DNA from: Bacteriovoracia bacterium
Lineage (GTDB): Bacteria; Bdellovibrionota; UBA1018; CAIPTA01
Direction of reading: 5' to 3'
Length of the DNA: 64,000 nt
Assembly: GCA_050246755.1 (NCBI GenBank)
Contig: JBFWVL010000006.1
Span: 96,001-160,000 of the forward strand
Under the pieces are notes generated by a model, which worked only from the letters and a program-made list of their open reading frames with translations, had not been told where the DNA came from and made no database searches. Below, in pieces: positions 9,695-19,642 of the stretch. The position numbers and the translations under genes were made by a program. Every line of letters begins with the position of its first letter. The first letter of the stretch is position 1.

Positions 9695-10516
9695 GTGCCT
9701 AATACTACTAAGCAAATCTCCTGTTTTGCCTATTTGGACTACCGGAACTACCTAAAAGACCGCCTCCCGGTGACCGGAACTACCCGAGGGCAGCGTTCTA
9801 AGCTCGCGGCCGCCCTTGGTCTCCAAACGGCTTTCGTTTCTCGCGTGCTCCACGGAGAAGCCGAGTTCAGTCTCGAGCACGCCATGACGATCAACCGCTT
9901 TCTCGGGCATACCGAGGGCGAAAGCGAGTTCTTCGTTTTGCTGATCCAGTGGGGCAGGGCGGGCACCGCCGAACTGAAGGCTTACTGGAAAAGGAAACTC
10001 GACGCGATCCTCGAGCAACGCCAAATCGTGGCCGAGAGAATCCAAATCAAAGAAACCTTAAATTCCGAAGACCAGATGACCTATTACAGCGCCTGGTACT
10101 TCTCCGCCGTCCACATCATGCTGATGGTCCCTCGCTGGCAAACGGCTTCCGCCCTCGCGGAGTATTTGCAGCTTCCTCTCGCGCAGGTGAATCGCGTGCT
10201 CGAGTTTCTGGTGGGGGTAAGCCTTGCCAAGGAGGAGGCTGGAAAATTTACGATCGGAAAAAATCGAATTCACCTTGGGAAAAATTCTCCTATTTTGCCT
10301 CGGCATCATAGTAATTGGCGCATGCGCGGGATGCAGAGCATGGAGAGATTTTCGGGGGAGGATCTTTTTTACTCCGGGCCGATATCGCTTTCGGAGGCCG
10401 ACGCAAAAAAAATACGCGAGATGCTGCTCTCTTTCTTGGAGCAGAAGGAGAAGTTGATTGAGCCTTCGCCTGAGGAAACGGTGTTTTGCTTGGGGATCGA
10501 TTACTTTCGGCTCTGA
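9695..10516 (+). CDS. TIGR02147/DUF4423-like HTH protein
   Basis: F.Y.DYR.YL start, HTH, YYSAWY, H.NWR, EETVFCLGIDYF terminus; paralog of 46232..47047. Confidence 0.8.
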   Translation: MPNTTKQISCFAYLDYRNYLKDRLPVTGTTRGQRSKLAAALGLQTAFVSRVLHGEAEFSLEHAMTINRFLGHTEGESEFFVLLIQWGRAGTAELKAYWKRKLDAILEQRQIVAERIQIKETLNSEDQMTYYSAWYFSAVHIMLMVPRWQTASALAEYLQLPLAQVNRVLEFLVGVSLAKEEAGKFTIGKNRIHLGKNSPILPRHHSNWRMRGMQSMERFSGEDLFYSGPISLSEADAKKIREMLLSFLEQKEKLIEPSPEETVFCLGIDYFRL

Positions 10517-10608
10517 TTGGTGTCTGACACCTTTTGGTGAGGCGTGCGTCAATTCGGGCCACCCGTTCGCTTGCCAGGCAGGGCACTCCCGGCTAAATTA
10601 ACCGCCTC

Positions 10609-13455
10609 ATGCCAGATAAAAAACCTCTCCTCTGCCTCATCGATGCTTCCGGATTTATTTTCCGCGCTTTCTACGCGGTTCGCCACTTGAGCAATAAATC
10701 GGGACTACCCACCAACGCCGTATTCGGTTTCGCGAATATGATCCTGAAGGTTTTAGAAGATGTTCGTCCCACCCACATCGCGGTGATCTACGATACGAAG
10801 CACCCGAGCTTCCGCAAAGAAATGTATACGGAGTACAAGGCGAACCGCTCGGCCGTGCCCGAAGATCTCGTGCCCCAATTTCCTTACATCAAAAAATTCG
10901 TGAAGACCCTCGGCTTGCCGGCCTTCGAGCAGGAGGGTTTCGAGGCCGATGATCTGATCGCCACCTTCGCGCACCAGGCGGCGGATCTTTCGCAGGAGCA
11001 CCCCGACGTTTGCATCGTATCGAGCGACAAAGATTTGATGCAGTTGGTGACCGACAAAATCTACCTCTACGACACGATGAAGGACCAGCGTTACTATCCG
11101 CAGGAAGTGAAAGAAAAGCTCGGCGTGCTGCCGGAGCTCGTGCCGGATTACCTCGGTATCGTGGGCGATACCTCCGACAATATTCCTGGCGTAAAAGGCA
11201 TCGGGCCCAAGGGCGCGGTGGCCCTGCTCGAACAATTCGGTTCGATGGAAGGCATCTACGAGAATATCGAAGCGGTAAAAAAGGAAGGCCAGCGCAAGAC
11301 GCTGATCGATTGCAAAGACCAGGCGATTCTTTCCAAGCAGCTCGCCACCGTGAAGCGCGACATGAAAATCCCCACCGATTGGCATTCCCTGCGCTGCGAG
11401 CCCAAGGCCAGCGAAGAGTTTTTTACTCTTCTTCAGGAGCTGGATTTTCAGAATCTCGAAAAAAAGATGCGGGCCTGGGCCATGCCCGAAGGTTCCCGTT
11501 CTTCCCGCCACGAGCCGGGAAAAGCCAATAATGCCGTGATCGCGCCGGCTCCTCCCTTCGATCCGGAAATGGATTCCGCATCCGGCGATTCGGCCGTTTC
11601 CCATTCCGCTTCCACGAGCGACGAAGTGGCCGCCGCCAAAAAAGAGTACGTGGTGGTGAAAGACCTTACCGCGCTCGAAAAAATCTTCAAAAGCCTCGCT
11701 GCGGTGAAAGAAATCGCCATCGATACCGAAACCACCTCCTTGGAGGTGCACGACGCCGCCGTGGTGGGATTCTCTTTCTGCGCCGACGGCGCCACCGCTT
11801 ACTACGTGCCCGTGGGCCACTTGGTGGCGGGCACCGACTACCGCTGCGAAGGCCAGTGCGACGCAGAGGACGCCCTCGCGCTCTTCGCGAAATTCCTCGA
11901 AGGCAAAAAGATCGTGGGCCAGAACCTGAAGTACGACCTGAACGTATTGCGCGCGGCTGGGATCCAGCTCAAGCCGGAGCAGATCGCCTTCGACACGATG
12001 ATCGCTTCGTATATCTTAACCCCGGATGGCCGCCATAACTTGGACCTGCTTTCCGAAAAATACCTCGGCCACCGCAATATTAAATTTGAAGACGTGGTGG
12101 GCGAGGGCAAGGCGCAGATTCCCTTCGCCCAATCCGCGATTGAAACCGCCGGCGAATACGCTGCCGAGGACGCGCACGTGGCTTATTTGCTCACGCAGAA
12201 GCTGCGTGCCCAGCTAGCGGCCCTTCCCGCCCAGGAAAAAGTTTTCCGCGAAATCGATATGCCGCTCCTCTGCGTGCTGGCCGCGATGGAATGGGAGGGG
12301 GTGGCGATCGACGTTCCGCTCCTCAGGGAGCTTTCCGAGAAGTTTGCGGTTACGCTCAAGGAGCTTGAAAAAGAAGCGCATAAGCTGGCCGGCGGGGAAT
12401 TCAATCTCGCGAGCCCTAAGCAATTGCAGAAAATTCTCTTCGAAGATTTGAAGCTGCCCGCCATGAGGAAAACCAAAACCGGTTTTTCTACCGACGTGGA
12501 TGTGTTGCAAAAACTTAGCAGCCTCCATGCGTTGCCCGCTCTGATTCTCGAGGTTCGGGAGCTTTCAAAGCTCAAGGGAACTTACGTGGACGTATTGCCC
12601 ACGCTGGTACATCCCAAGACTGGGCGTGTGCACGCGCACTTCAATCAAACCGTGGCCGCCACGGGGCGCCTCTCGAGCTCGGATCCCAACCTGCAAAATA
12701 TTCCGATCCGTACCGAGAGCGGGAAGCTCGTGCGCAAGGCCTTCATCGCGAGGCCGGGATGGAGCTTGATCGGCGCCGACTATAGCCAGATTGAGCTGCG
12801 TATCCTGGCTTCCATGAGCGGGGACGAATTGCTCACCAAGGCTTTTAGCGAAGGACAAGACGTGCATGCGCTCACCGCTTCCCAGCTCTTTTCGGTGGAC
12901 CTCAAAAAAGTGGATCCCGACCAGCGCCGGAAGGCGAAGGCGATCAACTTCGGCTTGCTCTATGGCAAGGGCGTCTTCGCGCTCGCCGAGGACTTGAATA
13001 TTTCCCGCACCGAAGCTTCGGACATCATTAAGCGCTATTTCGAGCGCTACCCCACGATCCGTGGATTCCTCGACGGCCTCAAGGCGGAGGCCAAGCGCAC
13101 CGGTTACGCCGAAACGCTCTTCGGCCGCCGCCGTTATATCGAGGGAATCAATTCCCAGAATAAAATGATCGCCGCGGGTGCTGAGCGCGTGGCGGTAAAC
13201 GCTCCTATCCAGGGCACCGCCGCCGACATCGTGAAGATCGCCATGGACCATCTGGCCGCGGCCCTCACGAAGGAAAAACTGAGAACGCGGCTGACGCTGC
13301 AGGTGCACGACGAATTGGTGCTCGAGGCCCCGGCCGACGAGATCGACGAGGCCAAGCGCCTCATCAAGCTACATATGGAAAGCGCCGGCGAGGGCAAGAT
13401 CAAGGTACCGCTCACCGTGGATATCGGCGTGGCTAAGAACTGGCTGGATCTCTAG
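10609..13455 (+). CDS. polA: DNA polymerase I
   Basis: 5'-3' exonuclease (FRAFYA, EADD, GDTSDNIPGV), 3'-5' exonuclease (DTET, NLKYD, YAAED), polymerase motifs DYSQIELR, KAINFGLLYG, QVHDE. Confidence 0.98.
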   Translation: MPDKKPLLCLIDASGFIFRAFYAVRHLSNKSGLPTNAVFGFANMILKVLEDVRPTHIAVIYDTKHPSFRKEMYTEYKANRSAVPEDLVPQFPYIKKFVKTLGLPAFEQEGFEADDLIATFAHQAADLSQEHPDVCIVSSDKDLMQLVTDKIYLYDTMKDQRYYPQEVKEKLGVLPELVPDYLGIVGDTSDNIPGVKGIGPKGAVALLEQFGSMEGIYENIEAVKKEGQRKTLIDCKDQAILSKQLATVKRDMKIPTDWHSLRCEPKASEEFFTLLQELDFQNLEKKMRAWAMPEGSRSSRHEPGKANNAVIAPAPPFDPEMDSASGDSAVSHSASTSDEVAAAKKEYVVVKDLTALEKIFKSLAAVKEIAIDTETTSLEVHDAAVVGFSFCADGATAYYVPVGHLVAGTDYRCEGQCDAEDALALFAKFLEGKKIVGQNLKYDLNVLRAAGIQLKPEQIAFDTMIASYILTPDGRHNLDLLSEKYLGHRNIKFEDVVGEGKAQIPFAQSAIETAGEYAAEDAHVAYLLTQKLRAQLAALPAQEKVFREIDMPLLCVLAAMEWEGVAIDVPLLRELSEKFAVTLKELEKEAHKLAGGEFNLASPKQLQKILFEDLKLPAMRKTKTGFSTDVDVLQKLSSLHALPALILEVRELSKLKGTYVDVLPTLVHPKTGRVHAHFNQTVAATGRLSSSDPNLQNIPIRTESGKLVRKAFIARPGWSLIGADYSQIELRILASMSGDELLTKAFSEGQDVHALTASQLFSVDLKKVDPDQRRKAKAINFGLLYGKGVFALAEDLNISRTEASDIIKRYFERYPTIRGFLDGLKAEAKRTGYAETLFGRRRYIEGINSQNKMIAAGAERVAVNAPIQGTAADIVKIAMDHLAAALTKEKLRTRLTLQVHDELVLEAPADEIDEAKRLIKLHMESAGEGKIKVPLTVDIGVAKNWLDL

Positions 13456-13458
13456 CTT

Positions 13459-15291
13459 TTACTTTAAGCTAGCAGGGCTACCGATCGCCGGGCTTAGGCC
13501 TTTTAGCTGGCGATCCAGCTCTCTGAACATGAATTCCGTTGCGCGATAAGGCGTGGTGATCCGGCGATCCAGATTATCGTTGAGGGTGATATGCACGCCA
13601 TCGCGGCCGGCCATCTGGTGGCACTGGGCGCAACTCACGCGGTGGAACGTGAGCGTGTTTGCATCGTGGCGGCGTGGATCGCGGTAGAATTCGGGCGTGA
13701 GGTCCTTGAGGATCTGCTCGAGCTCCGCCTTGCGCTTGCCCTTGCTGCGCTTGATTTCTTCCCGGAAGAGCACGGTATCGTAGGCCGTGGAATAAAAACC
13801 GAGATCGATACCCGCGCGCACCACCCGCATCGGTTCGAGGCGGCGCGCTTCGTTATAGGAGCGGGTGAGGGTGCCGAAAACCCAGATGCCGGTGAGCGAA
13901 GAAGAGAAGGCGATGGTTTGCACCGGGCGCTGGGTGAATTCGCGCACGAAGGCGATCGTGGCGGCTTCGGCATTGGCCGCGCTTTCCTTTTCGCGTACCT
14001 CGGTGAGCTTATCGAGGCGGGTTAAAAAATACCGGAGCTGTTCTTGGCGCTGCTCTGGTTTTGCGAGGCGATCCACGGCGTCGAACATCAGATGGATATA
14101 AAGCTGTTCGTAGGCGTGTTTGCCGGCCGGATCCATCAGTTGAAAAATGAAGCGGACCTGCGGGGTTTTCTCTTCGCCCGAAAAATGGATGTCGGTTTCT
14201 GGCTCATAAGGACGGGAGAGGATCGAGACCAATTTATAGCGGGCGGGATCCGAAACATCGGCGGCCACATTGGTGATGGGGAAGATATCCAGGCCCGAAG
14301 TGTAGAGGTTTTTCGTGGTTACGTCGGAGAGCTTGAGCGTGTCGTTGCCGGGTTCCGAGGCTTCATTGAAGTCGGGGGTCGGTTTTCCGTTTAGGAAACC
14401 AAGAAACTTTTCCCAGCCCTCGCTGCCCATGAGGTTAGTAAGGGGGAATTCTTTCGCCGTGGCGGGAGTGGCATCGAATACCAGCTGGCGGGGCTTATTT
14501 AGGAATTCCAGCCCAGGCTGGGGGCGGGGCTCCGAGATGCCATAGTCCGGCAGGAATCCATCCGGGTAGAACCACATGGAATTTTCGCGCAGGGAATACA
14601 CATCGCCGTAGCGGGGCCACTTGGTGCGGCTGAACTCTTCCGTCACGAGCTTGAGAATTCCTACCTTGGCTTCATATTTTTCGAGGAGAGCCGGAGGAAT
14701 ATCCGCGAAGGTGCGGAAAGAGTCAGCATAGGGATCGATTTCTTTGAACGCGTCGAAATCGGAAGCCTCGTGGGCGAAGTGTTTTCCGCACTGAGCGTCG
14801 GGGCGGGTCTTCACATAGTAGTCGAAGCTGATGTCCACCAGCGTATAGCCGGCGGCTCTCTCTTCGGCGTACATGTCGGGGAATTCGTTGATATGCCGAA
14901 CCCAGTAGGTGGATTTTACTTCGCAGCCTTCCGGCGTGGCCCCGATGGAAGCGTGGTCGATATGGCGATTTTCTCCGGAAACTCCCGATTTAATCAGCTG
15001 CGCCCAGCTCCGCTGGTAGCCGCTTTGGTAAACGGGATAGATCGGATCGGCGGCTCCGAGGCCGGTATCGTAGAAAAAATAATTGAATTGAGGGCGGGAA
15101 AAGCCGAAGTTTTCTTCGAAGTAAGTATTGATATCGTAGATCGAGCCCGGGCGAAGTGCCGCATGGTTACTTTCGGTGATCTTTTCTTGCCAGCGGTGAC
15201 GCACCACCGACATCGGATATTTATTCTCGATGGCCATGGCCTCGGCCGCAAAGATAGACGTAAGTACCAGCGCCGCGATTATAAATTTCAT
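13459..15291 (-). CDS. Secreted hypothetical protein with a single CxxCH motif
   Basis: Signal peptide; SCAQCH near the C-terminus. Confidence 0.6.
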   Translation of the reverse strand: MKFIIAALVLTSIFAAEAMAIENKYPMSVVRHRWQEKITESNHAALRPGSIYDINTYFEENFGFSRPQFNYFFYDTGLGAADPIYPVYQSGYQRSWAQLIKSGVSGENRHIDHASIGATPEGCEVKSTYWVRHINEFPDMYAEERAAGYTLVDISFDYYVKTRPDAQCGKHFAHEASDFDAFKEIDPYADSFRTFADIPPALLEKYEAKVGILKLVTEEFSRTKWPRYGDVYSLRENSMWFYPDGFLPDYGISEPRPQPGLEFLNKPRQLVFDATPATAKEFPLTNLMGSEGWEKFLGFLNGKPTPDFNEASEPGNDTLKLSDVTTKNLYTSGLDIFPITNVAADVSDPARYKLVSILSRPYEPETDIHFSGEEKTPQVRFIFQLMDPAGKHAYEQLYIHLMFDAVDRLAKPEQRQEQLRYFLTRLDKLTEVREKESAANAEAATIAFVREFTQRPVQTIAFSSSLTGIWVFGTLTRSYNEARRLEPMRVVRAGIDLGFYSTAYDTVLFREEIKRSKGKRKAELEQILKDLTPEFYRDPRRHDANTLTFHRVSCAQCHQMAGRDGVHITLNDNLDRRITTPYRATEFMFRELDRQLKGLSPAIGSPASLK

Positions 15292-15358
15292 TTTCGTCCC
15301 TCTAGTATTGCGAGGAAATTTACTACATTTACGCGATAAACGAAATATCTAGATGCGC

Positions 15359-16429
15359 CTAAGGAAGCGCGAGGGTGCGGGTGGCCTGTAGCTCTTTTCC
15401 GATCTCTTCGGCCCATATTCTCGAAGCCTGCGCGTTCAGGTGGCTATCCCAGCCTAAGCCGTAGCTTTGCAGCGCTTCATCCCAGGATTCCACATGGAGA
15501 GCGGCGTAGGCGTCCACGCAGGGGATATGCTGGCTCGCGCAAAGATCGCGGTAGGCTTTCAGGTATTCGGCCTTTCCTTCCAGATAAATGAGGAGGAAGG
15601 GCAACTTCTTTTTCCGCGCGGCTTCGATGGCGCGTCGAATGGGACGGATGGTAGAGGTATGCACGAACTCAGGGGATGCGGCGTCGGGAAGGTAGGGGAC
15701 GTTTGTATTGTCTCCGCGATTAACGTCCACGCTGACTTTTCTCCAATGGCCCAGCAAGTAATTATAGGAGAGAACCATCGCGCTTACGGTTTTTGATCGC
15801 AGGAGCCACGCGGGCGAATTGCGAAGAGCGAAGGCGGCAAAATCGGGGGAGTGATGGGTAATACCGGTATTCTTATTTACCAGCCAGTGTTCGGGCGTGG
15901 CCGCGCGCGCCGCCTCGTCGTCGTTGCTGTTCGCAAAGTACACCACCAGGTTCGGTCGGTAGGCGAGGGCCAATTTTTCCAGGACCGCGGTTTTTTGTAC
16001 GGCGTTATAGCCCAGAACCGCAAAGTTCAGCGTTTCGGCGTCTAGCCCGAACCTTAGCTTCAGGGGGGACCGCATTGCTTCGCCTAGAGAATCGACAAAA
16101 GGCAGGCCGAACCCCATCGCGTGCGAATCGCCCACCAGCGCCACGCGAAACTTCCCCGCCGGCGGCGTGGGCGCCCACTCGTCTCCCCGGAATCCAAGGG
16201 AATTTATTTTTAGAAAAGTTCCGGTGGCGAAACCGCGAAAATTAGGCACCAGGGTATAGCCGACTTCGGGATCGGAGTGCCGTGCGTATATGTTTTCGGG
16301 CGGCGAAAAAAAAGCGGGAGGCAAAATCATGCGGATGCTGATTTCCAGGAGGAGAAGGGTGCCCGTTAAGAGAAGAAGGCCGATGATGAGCCAGTGCGAC
16401 CAACCGAAAACCTGGGGCCCGGCTTTCAT
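15359..16429 (-). CDS. SGNH/GDSL hydrolase family protein
   Basis: INSLGFRG, VGDSHAMG, N.AV.GY, SND and DSHLN motifs. Confidence 0.8.
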   Translation of the reverse strand: MKAGPQVFGWSHWLIIGLLLLTGTLLLLEISIRMILPPAFFSPPENIYARHSDPEVGYTLVPNFRGFATGTFLKINSLGFRGDEWAPTPPAGKFRVALVGDSHAMGFGLPFVDSLGEAMRSPLKLRFGLDAETLNFAVLGYNAVQKTAVLEKLALAYRPNLVVYFANSNDDEAARAATPEHWLVNKNTGITHHSPDFAAFALRNSPAWLLRSKTVSAMVLSYNYLLGHWRKVSVDVNRGDNTNVPYLPDAASPEFVHTSTIRPIRRAIEAARKKKLPFLLIYLEGKAEYLKAYRDLCASQHIPCVDAYAALHVESWDEALQSYGLGWDSHLNAQASRIWAEEIGKELQATRTLALP

Positions 16430-17170
16430 TCAAAGCTTTCCGAGCTTCACTCTGGGCATGATTTCTTTGATTCGCTGTTTCAGCGCCGCACGGGAGTGGG
16501 TTGGCGCGGCTACCCAGGCCCAAACCTTTAAGTGACGGCTACCTTCGGGAGAAATAAAGGGTAGGAAGTTCACCACCAAGCCGCGACCAAACTCCGGCGA
16601 AAGCAGAGCTTCGTTGAGCTGGGTTCTCCAAAGAGCCACTTCATCAAGCAGGATTTCATCTTCCACCACGCAGTGGTTGAGATGGAGGAGATCCAGTTCT
16701 CTGGCCTTCTTGGTAACGAGCTCGCTCACGTGGAAAAGATGCAGGGGCACTCTTTTACGCCGTTCCTCGTGCGTTTCGTCTTCCGTATAGAGTTCCTTAA
16801 AGGAGTTCAGCCACTGGTGCAGGCTCGAGAGAGGAATTCTTTCCAGCTCGGTATCCAGCAGCTCGGCGAGTTTCATGAATGCCTGGCCCGCCTCTTTGGT
16901 GCGCCGACAGATGAATTTTCCCTGCAGGGCCAAATTGAGGGAATCATTTAGATCGACGATGAACTGCGCGAGCAGTTCCGGGCAGCTCAAGATTTTTAGC
17001 ACGCCTTTTAGCGAATGCACGCTGGCGTAGAGGTCTTCCCAGTAGGGAAGGTAAGATTGGGTTTGACTGGCTTGGGCGAGATCGCGCCCGACTTGGCGCA
17101 GGGCCAAGATCAAATCGGGAAGGCGATCGGAAAATTTCGGGAGCTCAGGGCTCGCGGATAACTCTGCCAT
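16430..17170 (-). CDS. HPt-like domain protein
   Basis: LYASVHSLKG resembles the HPt phospho-His motif; likely ATG at 17170. Confidence 0.55.
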   Translation of the reverse strand: MAELSASPELPKFSDRLPDLILALRQVGRDLAQASQTQSYLPYWEDLYASVHSLKGVLKILSCPELLAQFIVDLNDSLNLALQGKFICRRTKEAGQAFMKLAELLDTELERIPLSSLHQWLNSFKELYTEDETHEERRKRVPLHLFHVSELVTKKARELDLLHLNHCVVEDEILLDEVALWRTQLNEALLSPEFGRGLVVNFLPFISPEGSRHLKVWAWVAAPTHSRAALKQRIKEIMPRVKLGKL

Positions 17171-17444
17171 TGGCCATTCTGCTTTGGTGAGAGGCCCGCA
17201 ATTTCTGCAGGGCACTCGTGAGGGCTTCGGCGCGGGCTTGGTCTTCGTAGTTTGCGCGGTTCATGCGGGAGGCAACCGAATAGGGGGCGGGAGGCGCTTC
17301 GGTTTTTTTGGCGGTGAGAGTTTCGGGTTCGCCGAAGGCGGCGCGAATCGTTTGCTCGAGGTCGAAAAAATTTTCCAATTTTTTTCGGCGATTAGCGCTG
17401 GGGGGGATATCGAGTAGAAATAGGGCCTGATCCGCAATGCTCAT
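17145..17444 (-). CDS. Hypothetical protein
   Basis: ORF tightly packed in the nrdR-nusB operon. Confidence 0.55.
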   Translation of the reverse strand: MSIADQALFLLDIPPSANRRKKLENFFDLEQTIRAAFGEPETLTAKKTEAPPAPYSVASRMNRANYEDQARAEALTSALQKLRASHQSRMANGRVIREP

Positions 17445-17447
17445 CAG

Positions 17448-17867
17448 TTACGACTCCAACTTTGTCCAACGACTGCCTTCTTTCATTAAAGTTTGCTTGA
17501 GTTTGCGGCAAAAGTCTTCGGGAAAAGTTGTCTCGGCCACGCTCACGTCTTTGACCGATAGTTTGCGCAAATAGTCCGCGGCGATTTTGGCGTCGGGCTG
17601 CGCGCCGAACTGAAACGCGAGGAAGCTGGGGCGCTGGCAGCTGGGATCACCAGGTATCACGCAGAAGCCATCAGCCGGGAAAAGACCGCGCGCGAGGAGG
17701 CGCGACACTTGGCCGTGTACGTTCCAGTCGATAAGCCCGGCAATTCCTTCCATGCGTTCCGCGAGCGAAATGCGTGAGGCATCGATGCCGAAAAGAACCC
17801 ACGGAGCTTTCACCGCCGCCAAGGCCGCCGCGATCTCGCGTTTCTGTTCCGTGCTGAGATTCGCCAA
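17448..17867 (-). CDS. M17 aminopeptidase N-terminal-like stand-alone protein
   Basis: GIAGLIDW..HG.VSRLL motif; abuts nusB. Confidence 0.5.
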   Translation of the reverse strand: MANLSTEQKREIAAALAAVKAPWVLFGIDASRISLAERMEGIAGLIDWNVHGQVSRLLARGLFPADGFCVIPGDPSCQRPSFLAFQFGAQPDAKIAADYLRKLSVKDVSVAETTFPEDFCRKLKQTLMKEGSRWTKLES

Positions 17868-18317
17868 TTAGTCCTCCGTGCGCCCAAGCAAGGTACGTGC
17901 TTTATCTAGGATTCCGTTTATAAAAGCGGAAGAATCTTCGGTGCCGAATCGTTTTGCCAGCTCCACGCATTCATCGAGCGTAACTTTCGAGGGGATGTCT
18001 TTGAAATTTTTGAGCTCCTCCACGCCGATGCGGAGGATATTGCGGTCGATCTTCGTCATGCGGTAGAGCTTCCAGTGCTCGCTGTAACGTACGATCTCCT
18101 GGTCGATATTGTCGAGCTCCGCGCAGATGCCGGTTACCAGGCGTTGGAGGTAAGGAATATCGGTAACTTCTTCTGCATTTTTGGGGCCGAAATTGGTGAT
18201 GTAGGAGGAAACGGCCAATGGAACCGAAGAAGGATCGGGAGCGAATTCGCCTTCGGATTGATTTTCGAGGGCGAATAATATTTGCAGGGCGAATTCACGC
18301 GATTTTCTTCTACGCAT
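17868..18317 (-). CDS. nusB: Transcription antitermination factor NusB
   Basis: RRKSREFALQ, DRNILR, ELAKRFG..S..FINGILD motifs. Confidence 0.95.
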   Translation of the reverse strand: MRRRKSREFALQILFALENQSEGEFAPDPSSVPLAVSSYITNFGPKNAEEVTDIPYLQRLVTGICAELDNIDQEIVRYSEHWKLYRMTKIDRNILRIGVEELKNFKDIPSKVTLDECVELAKRFGTEDSSAFINGILDKARTLLGRTED

Positions 18318-18330
18318 CTCAATAAACCTT

Positions 18331-18810
18331 TTAAAGAACGAACGGCCGCGCCTCAGGAGCTTCTAGGCTCTCTTTTTTCAATTCCGTGAGAAATTCTTCC
18401 ACGTCCTTGAATTCACGATAAACGGAGGCAAAACGGATATAGGCCACTTTATCGCGCCTATGCAAGACCTCCATAACATATTGGCCAATCTCCCGGGAGG
18501 ATAGCTCGCGTACCCCTAAGCTTTGGATACGGCGTTCTACGTCGCGGGTCATATCTTCGAAGTCGGAGGCGGTAAAATCGCGCTTGCGGCAGGCAATACG
18601 AATGCCTTCGCTGATTTTTTCGCGATCGAATTCTTCACGCCGGCCATCTTTCTTCACCACGAGGGGCATCAGCTCTTCCACCCGTTCGTAGGTAGTAAAG
18701 CGTCCATCGCATTCTAAGCACTCGCGCCTGCGCCGGGTGATGTCTCCACTTTGGCTAATCCGGGAGTCGACCACCTTATTTTCTATATGACCGCAGAAAG
18801 GACACTTCAT
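18331..18810 (-). CDS. nrdR: Transcriptional repressor NrdR
   Basis: MKCPFC, RRRREC..C..RFTTYE, ATP cone, AYIRFASVY. Confidence 0.97.
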   Translation of the reverse strand: MKCPFCGHIENKVVDSRISQSGDITRRRRECLECDGRFTTYERVEELMPLVVKKDGRREEFDREKISEGIRIACRKRDFTASDFEDMTRDVERRIQSLGVRELSSREIGQYVMEVLHRRDKVAYIRFASVYREFKDVEEFLTELKKESLEAPEARPFVL

Positions 18811-18900
18811 TGTAATCCTCCTAACCATCCGAAAAAATTGGCTTTTTCTGCTTTCTTGAAAATTCTAGCACCTAGGAGGTAGCCGCGCCCGTGTTTTTTT

Positions 18901-18927
18901 TAAGGGTGGGCAATAAAGTGCCGATAG
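18901..18927 (+). promoter_or_regulatory. Sigma-28 (FliA)-type promoter
   Basis: TAAG-N15-GCCGATAG versus consensus TAAA-N15-GCCGATAA, 21 bp before the PilZ gene. Confidence 0.7.
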
Positions 18928-18948
18928 GGAGGTGGGAGAATTAGCCCT

Positions 18949-19632
18949 ATGGCCGATATAAAAAAGTCGAGTATTCAGAAAAAAAGTGGCTGTTACCTGC
19001 TGAATATCAAGCAGCCGGAACGCACGTTCAAGCGGCTGAAACTCAGCTTCCAACGCATCTCGGTGACCATCAGCACGCTGAAGAGCGAGCGTAAGGTAGA
19101 GGCTGCCGTGGGTATCGTGGACCTCTCTGAGACCGGCGCCGGCTTCTTTACGGCCGAGCTATTGTCCAAGGGCTGCGGCGTGGAAGTTTGCTTTACGGAT
19201 CCTATGATCCTCAAAGTAAGGGCGATCGTAGCTTGGTCGATCCCGATCGAATCGGGGCTGCAAGAAGCTCGTTTCCCCTGCCGCTCCGGTCTTCAGTTTA
19301 TGTACGACAACGAGGCTCAGCGCCATGCCGTGGTCGACTTCATTGAAAAGATCTCGGCCAATCCGATGGACAATTACCGCCGTACTTTCTCGGCTCCCGC
19401 GACCGGTGTAGCGGAGCCTGCTCCGGCGGCTACGCCCACGACGGCGGCCCCCGTGGATCCTGCCGCCGCGGCTCCCGGCGAAGCTCCCGCACCCGTAGCA
19501 GCCGAGACCGCTCCCGCGGTGGCCGCTGTTCCTGAGCCAGCGCCGGCAGCAGAGGCTGCCCCGGCGCCTGCGGCCGAAGCTACTCCCGTGAAAACGGAAG
19601 GCGACGGCAGTGGCGAATCTCAGGCCGCTTAG
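18949..19632 (+). CDS. PilZ domain protein with Ala/Pro-rich tail
   Basis: RTFKR (RxxxR) and DLSETG (DxSxxG) motifs; GLQF. Confidence 0.75.
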   Translation: MADIKKSSIQKKSGCYLLNIKQPERTFKRLKLSFQRISVTISTLKSERKVEAAVGIVDLSETGAGFFTAELLSKGCGVEVCFTDPMILKVRAIVAWSIPIESGLQEARFPCRSGLQFMYDNEAQRHAVVDFIEKISANPMDNYRRTFSAPATGVAEPAPAATPTTAAPVDPAAAAPGEAPAPVAAETAPAVAAVPEPAPAAEAAPAPAAEATPVKTEGDGSGESQAA

Positions 19633-19642
19633 CTAAGAATTA

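Noticed and set aside
10753-13308. Long antisense ORFs inside polA, and similar ones in fabF, fabG and phoH
   Set aside because: Shadow frames from GC-rich codon bias opposite well-conserved genes.
19390-19600. Repetitive GC-rich tract
   Set aside because: It encodes an Ala/Pro/Glu low-complexity tail with no regular repeat-spacer pattern; no CRISPR array was seen anywhere in the window.
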